From the NCBI GenBank assembly GCA_015163855.1, contig JAAOIK010000007.1, forward strand, positions 28,824 through 92,823: 64,000 nt of DNA, given 5' to 3'. The DNA is from Pseudobdellovibrionaceae bacterium (GTDB lineage Bacteria > Bdellovibrionota > Bdellovibrionia > Bdellovibrionales > UBA1609). Shown piece by piece: positions 57,204 to 64,000 of this stretch (the first letter of the stretch is position 1; each line of letters begins with the position of its first letter). The translations under genes were made by a program, and so were the position numbers. The notes under the pieces are model-generated. The model was not told where the DNA came from and made no database searches. It saw only the letters and a list, made by a program, of their open reading frames with translations.

Positions 57204-58241
57204 ATGATTGTTAACTTTATTTCGGGCAAAGACCTTGGCGGGCCAAAGCAGTCCTTTATTTTATACAGCAAAGCTTTACAAAAAATATACTCCCCCATTT
57301 GTTCTGTTATTCGCAAAGGAGCATTATTAAAACCCTTAATGGACGAGCAAAACATAAAGACTATAGAGCTAAATTATCTTCGTTTAAATTTTTGGCCATT
57401 TAAATATTGGGCTATAAACAAAATTAAAAAACAACTAAAACCCTTGCTTCCAAAAATTATTTTTGTACACAAAGCCTTAGACCTTCCTTTAGTGGTGGCC
57501 GCTTTACCAAAAACAAAAGTCATTGGCGTGATACATAGTTTTTCGGCCTCTAACATAGAATATGCTGACGCTTTAATTGCTGTTTCAGAAAAAGTAAAAC
57601 AATTTTTAATAAATAAAAATTATAAAAAACCCATTTATGTTATTCCTAATATCACTGTAGCAGAAGCTTTTCCCTCTCCAAAAAATAAAGCTTTACCTTC
57701 TGTGCCAGTTATTGGGGCGATGGGTGTTTTTAGAAGAACAAAAGGCTTTCACACTTTAATTAAAGCGCTATTTTTACTTAAAAAAAAGAATGTGCCCTTT
57801 CAGGCAGTTATTGCTGGTAAGGGAAAGCTTTACTATTACTTACAGTATTTAAGGTGGAGGTATAATTTACAAGATCAGCTTTTACTTAAGTCTTGGATTG
57901 CTAATAAAAATAAAACGGCCTTTTTAGACAGTATTGATTTATATGTTCTTTCTTCTAAATTAGAAACTTTTGGAATGGTAATTATCGAAGCTATGGCACG
58001 AAAAAAACGAGTTATTGCCACAAAGTGTGGTGGCCCTGAAGAAATTCTTACCGATGCTGTAAATGGTTATTTAATTCCTAAAAAAAATAGTTTAGCTTTA
58101 GCTAATAAATTAGAGCACTTAATTAAAAACCCTCAAGTATCACAAGATATACCCGAAAAAGCTTACCAAAGTATTCTAAACAACTATAGTCTAGAAGTTT
58201 TAACCAACCACCTACAAAACTTACTCCGTATTTATTTATAA
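57204..58241 (+). CDS. Glycosyltransferase, GT-B fold (family 4-like)
   Basis: C-terminal ETFGMVIIEAMA...GGPEEIL (EX7E-type) motif. Confidence 0.8.
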   Translation: MIVNFISGKDLGGPKQSFILYSKALQKIYSPICSVIRKGALLKPLMDEQNIKTIELNYLRLNFWPFKYWAINKIKKQLKPLLPKIIFVHKALDLPLVVAALPKTKVIGVIHSFSASNIEYADALIAVSEKVKQFLINKNYKKPIYVIPNITVAEAFPSPKNKALPSVPVIGAMGVFRRTKGFHTLIKALFLLKKKNVPFQAVIAGKGKLYYYLQYLRWRYNLQDQLLLKSWIANKNKTAFLDSIDLYVLSSKLETFGMVIIEAMARKKRVIATKCGGPEEILTDAVNGYLIPKKNSLALANKLEHLIKNPQVSQDIPEKAYQSILNNYSLEVLTNHLQNLLRIYL

Positions 58242-58327
58242 AAATATAATAATTTACTAGATTTTTAAAACAATCTAAGATAGTTTTTAAGGATTAGAAA
58301 CAAATATGTAAAATTATTGGACTAGTT

Positions 58328-59584
58328 ATGAAAAATATTTACGCCACCCCTTTTTACGCTAATATAATAAAAAATTTAGAAAAAGCCTCTAAGGTACATA
58401 GTACCAAAACGGCAACTATACAGCGATTAAAATTTCCCAAAAGATGCATTGTTGTTTCGATTCCCATAAAAATGGATGACGGGCATATGCAAATTTTTGA
58501 TGGATATAGAGCACAGCACAGTCAAACATTAGGCCCTTTTAAGGGAGGTGTGCGCTTTCACCAAGATGTTAACCTTGCAGAAACGGTATCTTTATCTTGC
58601 TTAATGACTTTAAAAAACTCTTTGTTAGGTCTTCCTTTAGGAGGCGCAAAGGGAGGAGTTGCCGTTGATCCAAAATCTTTATCCTTAGGCGAGCTAGAAC
58701 GATTAACACGAGGTTACACCTCTGCCATTGGTCCTTTTATTGGGCCAGATAAAGATATTCCAGCCCCTGATGTGGGTACGGATTCGCAAACTATGGCTTG
58801 GATGTTAGATACCTATTCTACAGAATCAGGATTTTCGCAAACCGGCATTGTTACTGGAAAACCCTTAGCCATTGGAGGCTCTAAAGGAAGAGAGGCCGCT
58901 ACCGGTTTAGGCGTAATTTTAAATATACAAAAAGTTTTAGAAAAGCAAAATAAATCCGTCGAAGACAGTAGCTTAGCCATTCAAGGTTTTGGTAAGGTGG
59001 GAATGCACGCAGCTATTGAGGCCCATAGAATTGGCCTAAAAGTGGCGGCCATCAGTGATGTATCCACAGCCTTATATGATCCTAATGGCTTAAACATACC
59101 CGAACTAGTAGCTTTAACTAAGCAAAAAAAATTATTAAAAGACTACCCTCATGCGAAAAAAATTTCTAACGAAGAGCTATTAATTTTACCCGTAGATATT
59201 TTAGCACCTTGCGCATTAGACGGCGTTATTCATTCAGGCAACATGGAAAAAATTCAAACGAAAATTATTGTGGAGGGGGCCAACGGACCAACCACATCTA
59301 AAGCGAGTACTTATTTGTTTAAAGAAAAACAAGTGATTATTATCCCTGACATTTTAGCAAATGGTGGCGGAGTTGTTGTAAGTTACTTTGAGTGGGTTCA
59401 AGATATCGTATGGTTGTTTTGGTCAGAAGAAGAAGTAAAGTCTAAACTAAAAATGATTATAGACCGATGTTTTGACCGCGTTTGGGATTGTGCTCATAAA
59501 CATAAAATAGATGTTAGAACTGCAGCTATTGCCACAGCCCTAAAACGATTAGAAAAAGCTATGCTCTTGCGAGGGCAAATTTGA
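58328..59584 (+). CDS. gdh: Glu/Leu/Phe/Val-family dehydrogenase, most likely glutamate dehydrogenase
   Basis: FKGGVRFH and LGGAKGG catalytic-region motifs. GFGKVG Rossmann motif. Confidence 0.9.
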   Translation: MKNIYATPFYANIIKNLEKASKVHSTKTATIQRLKFPKRCIVVSIPIKMDDGHMQIFDGYRAQHSQTLGPFKGGVRFHQDVNLAETVSLSCLMTLKNSLLGLPLGGAKGGVAVDPKSLSLGELERLTRGYTSAIGPFIGPDKDIPAPDVGTDSQTMAWMLDTYSTESGFSQTGIVTGKPLAIGGSKGREAATGLGVILNIQKVLEKQNKSVEDSSLAIQGFGKVGMHAAIEAHRIGLKVAAISDVSTALYDPNGLNIPELVALTKQKKLLKDYPHAKKISNEELLILPVDILAPCALDGVIHSGNMEKIQTKIIVEGANGPTTSKASTYLFKEKQVIIIPDILANGGGVVVSYFEWVQDIVWLFWSEEEVKSKLKMIIDRCFDRVWDCAHKHKIDVRTAAIATALKRLEKAMLLRGQI

Positions 59585-60561
59585 AGCCTTGGCTGTATTT
59601 ACCTGCTAGTATTAGTCAAAAATTATTTTCTGTAGGAATAAAACTCTATTCCTTTTTTTGTTCAAAAAAACCCTTAAAATGGAACAAGCTAGAGTGGAAA
59701 GGCTTAAGCTTTCCCAACCCCCTTGGCATTGCAGGGGGCGTGGATAAAAATGCAACATTATTAAAACAATGGCCGCACTTAGGTTGTGGTTTTGTCGAAG
59801 TGGGCACAGTAACTCCTCTTTCACAAACCGCTAATGCTGGAAAAATTATTGCTCGAAACAACAAAGCCCTTTCTTTATGGAACCACATGGGCTTTCCCAA
59901 CAAAGGCTTAGATAATTTACAAAAACAATTAAAAAAAAATATACCCTACCCCATACCTCTTTTAATCAATGTTGGTAAAAACAGAAGTACTCCCTTACAA
60001 CAAGCCCATAAGGATTACATAAAATGTATGCATCAACTACAAGACTATGCAGATATTTTTGTCATTAATATTAGCAGCCCCAATACAGAAAGCTTACGAG
60101 AACTTTTTTTAAAAGATAATTTAAAAAGTTTTTTACAAAATTGCCTACAAAATAAAACCAAACCCACTTTGTTAAAAATTAGCCCTGATTTGTCGCAAAA
60201 AGAACTAGAGTATGTTTTAGATGTCTCTTGCCTTCTTTCTATTGATGGGTGGGTTGTGTCTAACACCATGCAATCTTTAAATGAAAAATTACACTTTCCC
60301 CTTCATAAGGGAGGAGTCTCTGGACTAGCTTTAGCACAAAAGGCTAAGTTACAGCTACAACACACTATAGAATACTTAACCAAGATACAGCAAAGAAAAG
60401 GTAAGCTTCTTATCTCTGTGGGAGGAATTTCTTCGGCCCTTGATATTAAAGAACGATTAAATATGGGCGCAGATTTGGTACAAGTTTACAGTGCTTTAGT
60501 CTTTCAAGGCCCTTCATTTTTCAAAAAAATAGACAAAAACATAAAAAAACCTTTATTATAA
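59581..60561 (+). CDS. pyrD: Dihydroorotate dehydrogenase (quinone), class 2
   Basis: GFVEVGTVTP, NISSPNT and VGGISS motifs. The TTG start overlaps the gdh stop. Confidence 0.9.
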   Translation: MKPWLYLPASISQKLFSVGIKLYSFFCSKKPLKWNKLEWKGLSFPNPLGIAGGVDKNATLLKQWPHLGCGFVEVGTVTPLSQTANAGKIIARNNKALSLWNHMGFPNKGLDNLQKQLKKNIPYPIPLLINVGKNRSTPLQQAHKDYIKCMHQLQDYADIFVINISSPNTESLRELFLKDNLKSFLQNCLQNKTKPTLLKISPDLSQKELEYVLDVSCLLSIDGWVVSNTMQSLNEKLHFPLHKGGVSGLALAQKAKLQLQHTIEYLTKIQQRKGKLLISVGGISSALDIKERLNMGADLVQVYSALVFQGPSFFKKIDKNIKKPLL

Positions 60562-60571
60562 GACAATACTT

Positions 60572-61825
60572 ATGTGGCCTTATAAAAAAAAAATTATTCC
60601 TAAAAAACTGCACATCTGCATGATTGCTAAAAATTTTCCTATATTGGGAATGACAGGTACTCATAGTTTTTTATGGCCTCTTGCAAGAAAAATAGTTGGC
60701 CTGGGCCACTCGGTAAGTGTTATTTCTTGGAAAAATTCACAAGGCAAAACCCATTTAGATCAAGATGGTGTTCGTGCGTATTTTTTAGGACACATTTATG
60801 AAAAAGTATCTTTAAAGCATTTTCCTGCTCTTTGCCATAAACAATTTTTACAACTACATAAAATTCATAAATTAGATATTGTTCATAGCATAGATAAAAC
60901 AGGTATCTTAATTGCTAAAAATAAAAGCCGATATAAAATTCCTGTAATTTTTGATATAGAAGCCACGGCCATATCGCAATATTTATTTTTAGCCTCGTTA
61001 AGCCAAGACAATATCCGTAGCTTTATTAAAATACACTTTAATTTACTGTATCGCTTTGTTATAAATTTTTTCCGATATGACAGAGAACTATTAAAGCAAG
61101 CCAGTGCAGTATTTGTAAGTAGCTCGCTACAAAGAAGTATTTTAGAACGCTACTTTTTCTTTCCCGACTATCACACCTACCTAGTTCCCTATGGATTAGA
61201 TGTGCAAGATTTTTCTTTGCAACCCAAACCTCCCCTATTACAAGAAAAACTTTTAATACCTAAGCAATCCAAAATTTTACTAACCATTAGTAATATGTCC
61301 GAGCTGGCGGGAATGCAAAATTTACTAAAATCTTTTACTAAAGTAGCTATTCAAAAACCTAGCACCCGTTTAATTATTATTGGTAGCGGACCTAATTATA
61401 ATAATATTCAACGCTTAATTTTAGATTTAGCCTTAGGAGACCATGTTCTTCTTATGGGCCAAGTGCCCAACTTAGAACTAATGGACTACATTGCTTTATC
61501 AGATGTTTTTATAAGTTTAACCCCCCATTCTTCGGGCTTTGACCCTAATTTAATTAATGCTATGGTACAAAAAAAAATTGTAATAGGCGCGGATATCAAT
61601 CCCATATCTTCTTTAATAAAAAACAATGTTAATGGCTTTTTAACTAAACCCTCTGACACAAACACTTTAAGCAAGCACCTTCTAGCCTCGGTTTTTGATA
61701 CCGAATCTACTTTAACACTAAGAGATAAGGCGCAAAGCACTGTGCATAAATTATTTGATCTTAATAAAATGGCTCAACAAACCATAGATGCTTATCGCAA
61801 TGTATTAAAAAAACACCCTTTATAA
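60572..61825 (+). CDS. Glycosyltransferase, GT-B fold (family 1/4-like)
   Basis: Overall GT-B pattern with a C-terminal sugar-donor-binding region (...GFDPNLINAMVQKKIVIGADI...VNGFL). Confidence 0.65.
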   Translation: MWPYKKKIIPKKLHICMIAKNFPILGMTGTHSFLWPLARKIVGLGHSVSVISWKNSQGKTHLDQDGVRAYFLGHIYEKVSLKHFPALCHKQFLQLHKIHKLDIVHSIDKTGILIAKNKSRYKIPVIFDIEATAISQYLFLASLSQDNIRSFIKIHFNLLYRFVINFFRYDRELLKQASAVFVSSSLQRSILERYFFFPDYHTYLVPYGLDVQDFSLQPKPPLLQEKLLIPKQSKILLTISNMSELAGMQNLLKSFTKVAIQKPSTRLIIIGSGPNYNNIQRLILDLALGDHVLLMGQVPNLELMDYIALSDVFISLTPHSSGFDPNLINAMVQKKIVIGADINPISSLIKNNVNGFLTKPSDTNTLSKHLLASVFDTESTLTLRDKAQSTVHKLFDLNKMAQQTIDAYRNVLKKHPL

Positions 61826-61904
61826 ATATAAGCCTACTAACTAAAGACTAGAATTAGCTTTTTTTTCTTTTGCTCATCGACCCATTCTCCACTAATATAT
61901 ACTT

Positions 61905-62195
61905 ATGAAAAATTCTATTACTAAATCAGAACTTACAAAAAAATTGGCACAAAAAGCTAATGTCACTTATGTAAAAGCCGATTTAATTGTAAACAGTATT
62001 TGCCAAAAAATGATTGATTCTCTTTTGGAGGGAAAACGCATTGAAATACGAGGGTTTGGTAGCTTTATTATTAAACACTACAAAGCCTATCAAGGAAGAA
62101 ATCCTAGAACTGGAGAGCTAATTCATATTGCCGAAAAAAAGCTTCCTTTTTTTAAAGCAGGAAAAGAGTTAAGAAATAAACTAAATGCTAATTAG
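61905..62195 (+). CDS. ihfB: Integration host factor beta-like DNA-bending protein (HU/IHF family)
   Basis: KRIEIRGFGSF...GRNPRTGE...FKAGKELR closely follows the IHF-beta pattern. Confidence 0.85.
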   Translation: MKNSITKSELTKKLAQKANVTYVKADLIVNSICQKMIDSLLEGKRIEIRGFGSFIIKHYKAYQGRNPRTGELIHIAEKKLPFFKAGKELRNKLNAN

Positions 62196-62680
62196 TTTTG
62201 ACTAATCCAATTAAAAACATCTTCGTGATGCGTTTTGGTTTTTACTTTTTCTATAATATGTTTTAATTTTCCATCCTTGCCAATAATAAAAGTTATTCTA
62301 TTAACTCCCATATACTCCCTACCCATAAATTTTTTTAAACCCCATACCCCATACTTTTCTGCTACTGCGTGATCCATATCTGAAAGCAAATCAAAATTGA
62401 GATTTTGCTTTTCTTGAAATTTGACTAAAGATTTAACTGGGTCTGGACTTAATCCAAAAACTACTACATCTTTGGCCGCAAATTGCTTTTTAAAGTCACG
62501 AATGCCCTTTGCCTGTACAGTACAGCCAGGAGTCATAGCTTTAGGGTAAAAGTACAATACTACGGTTTTTTGGTTATAAAAATCTTTTAAACTTATTTTT
62601 TCTTCGTCTTGATTAAATAAAGAAAACAATGGTGCTTTATTTCCAATTTTTGGTAATTTAAGATCGTCTACATTAGCCAT
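62192..62680 (-). CDS. bcp: Thiol peroxidase Bcp (peroxiredoxin)
   Basis: FYPKAMTPGCT active site. AGGAGG lies just upstream of the Met at 62680, so the longer ORF-track start at 62707 is rejected. Confidence 0.9.
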   Translation of the reverse strand: MANVDDLKLPKIGNKAPLFSLFNQDEEKISLKDFYNQKTVVLYFYPKAMTPGCTVQAKGIRDFKKQFAAKDVVVFGLSPDPVKSLVKFQEKQNLNFDLLSDMDHAVAEKYGVWGLKKFMGREYMGVNRITFIIGKDGKLKHIIEKVKTKTHHEDVFNWISQN

Positions 62681-62816
62681 AAAGCCTCCTTTTAGCACAC
62701 TTTGCAATGGATTGCCCTATAGTTGTACCCTAGCCTTTGTATTGTGCAATAAAATTTACTCCTTCTTGACAAAAAAAGTACTTTTTATTAAACCTACAGA
62801 TAAATAAGGGGAAAAA

Positions 62817-63368
62817 ATGCAAAAAAAAAGAATTCAAAAAATTACTACAGAGCTATTTTCTTTAATTAACAATAAAGAAGCTAAAAAAGAAATTCAAAAA
62901 ATTTCTAAAAATCTAAATAAAATTAAAAAAAATTTAGAAAAAGACTTTCAAAAAAAATCTAACAAAGTAAAAAAGTTATTTAAAGAAACTCATAAAGTAA
63001 ATATAGGCCCTATACAAACTAGCTTCATTCCTTCAAAAGTATATAAAAAAATAACTAAAGAAGCAGAACAAGTTTATGTTAACGGTAATGCAGAAATAAA
63101 CAAAATTTTAAAATTATCTAAAAAAGAAACGCAAAATAAAATTAATCAAGCCATGGTTATACAAGATTTAGTAGATGCTAAAATTAAAAAGCTTATGGAT
63201 AAATTATCAAAAACTACTAAGAAGAAAGCTAGCGCTAAAAAGAAAGCTACTAAAAAGAAATCCAGTACTAAAAAGAAAACTACTAAGAAGAAAGCTAGCA
63301 CTAAAAAGAAAGCTTCTAAGAAAAAAACTAGTACTAAAAAGAAATCTTCAGCAAAGAAAAAAAAGTAA
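62817..63368 (+). CDS. Lysine-rich histone H1-like / nucleoid-associated protein (hypothetical)
   Basis: The C-terminal 50 aa are (S/T/A)2-3-KKK repeats (KKKASAKKKATKKKSSTKKK...). The N-terminal part is a K/E/Q-rich helix. The stop overlaps the gcvP start (TAATG). Confidence 0.55.
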   Translation: MQKKRIQKITTELFSLINNKEAKKEIQKISKNLNKIKKNLEKDFQKKSNKVKKLFKETHKVNIGPIQTSFIPSKVYKKITKEAEQVYVNGNAEINKILKLSKKETQNKINQAMVIQDLVDAKIKKLMDKLSKTTKKKASAKKKATKKKSSTKKKTTKKKASTKKKASKKKTSTKKKSSAKKKK

Positions 63369-64000
63369 TGATAACTCGCCACATAGGCCCTAGCAAAAAA
63401 GAAACACAACAAATGTTAGAGGAGCTTGACTCCTCTTCATTAGATGAATTAATTAAAAAAAACTTACCTAAAGACATTTTATCCTCTGTTGAGGATAAAA
63501 GCAGTTTGTCAGAATTAGATTTTTTAAAATACGCTAGGTACATTGGTTCTAAAAATACCGTTTGGCGTAATTATATAGGCCAAGGCTATTACCCTAGTTT
63601 TTTACCTCCTGTTATACAAAAAAATATTTTATCTAACCCTAGCTGGTACACCGCCTACACTCCTTATCAGGCAGAAATTTCCCAAGGCCGATTAGAGGCT
63701 TTATTTAATTTTCAAACTATGGTGACCGAGCTTACAGGTATGGATATTTGCAATGCTTCTTTGCTAGATGAGGCCACCGCAGCTGCCGAAGCCATTAGCA
63801 TGGCGTGGAATATTGCACGGCAAAAAAAACACACAGCCTTTATTGATAAGTCCATTTTTTCTCAAAGCCTTGCGGTAGTAAAAACACGCAGTAAAGCTTT
63901 GGGTATAAAACTAATTATTGATGATATTAAAAACTTTACCCAGCATGACGACGATTTTTTTGCAGTGCTAGTGCAAAACCCTAATTCCAAAGGAGAGGTA
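63368..64000 (+). CDS. gcvP: Glycine dehydrogenase (decarboxylating) GcvP, N-terminal part (3' end outside the window)
   Basis: The frame is open to the right edge. It encodes GQGYYPSFLPPVIQKNILSNPSWYTAYTPYQAEISQGRLEALFNFQT...ASLLDEATAAAEA. It is absent from the ORF track because there is no stop inside the window. Confidence 0.9.
   Translation, partial: MITRHIGPSKKETQQMLEELDSSSLDELIKKNLPKDILSSVEDKSSLSELDFLKYARYIGSKNTVWRNYIGQGYYPSFLPPVIQKNILSNPSWYTAYTPYQAEISQGRLEALFNFQTMVTELTGMDICNASLLDEATAAAEAISMAWNIARQKKHTAFIDKSIFSQSLAVVKTRSKALGIKLIIDDIKNFTQHDDDFFAVLVQNPNSKGEV

Noticed and set aside
63146-63412. ORFs 63146-63412 (minus) and 63175-63393 (plus) overlapping the Lys-rich tail.
   Set aside because: They are alternative-frame or antisense readings of the AAG/AAA-rich repeat (giving F/L-rich or K/L/R-rich nonsense). 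The 62817-63368 frame has a proper start context and continuity.

Overview
The window is densely coding, AT-rich (roughly one-third G+C by eye) chromosome from a diderm bacterium. I cannot place the lineage from sequence alone. I found no rRNA, tRNA, CRISPR array, transposase, integrase or prophage genes, so this looks like core genome rather than an accessory island.

The main non-housekeeping content is a canonical type II secretion system (T2SS) split into two blocks. gspD(partial)-gspE-gspF sits at nt 1-4505. gspG-H-I-J-K-L-M-N sits at nt 40525-47349 and is directly preceded, apparently in the same operon, by an orphan exbB-exbD pair.

Between and around these blocks are ordinary housekeeping genes:
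- pckA, gloB, rpmG-truA, rplM-rpsI
- a compact minus-strand smc-ftsY-Na/Pi-gltX-typA operon
- nusB, mutS, mpl, xthA, an EF-G paralog
- ssb, spoT/relA, rlmN, gdh, pyrD, ihfB, bcp, gcvP(partial)

There is also a group of envelope or secreted proteins:
- a LysR regulator with a divergent S8 protease and an M16 peptidase pair
- a Tat-dependent multicopper oxidase
- a putative outer-membrane barrel
- two unrelated 902-aa signal-peptide proteins, one a long coiled coil and one with an array of 33-aa repeats

I do not see a clear, self-contained novel multi-gene system. The observations most worth follow-up are:
1. The exbBD-gspG...N fusion operon.
2. A 115-nt, 43-bp-stem hairpin that exactly fills the gap after gspF.
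3. The 33-aa/99-bp repeat protein.
4. Conserved N-termini of gspJ and truA that have no canonical start codon and abut the upstream stop codon.
5. CTAG-core dyad motifs shared by several envelope-gene promoter regions.
6. A Lys-rich H1-like protein translationally coupled to gcvP.

All functional calls rest on motif recognition by eye and gene order. No database search was run.
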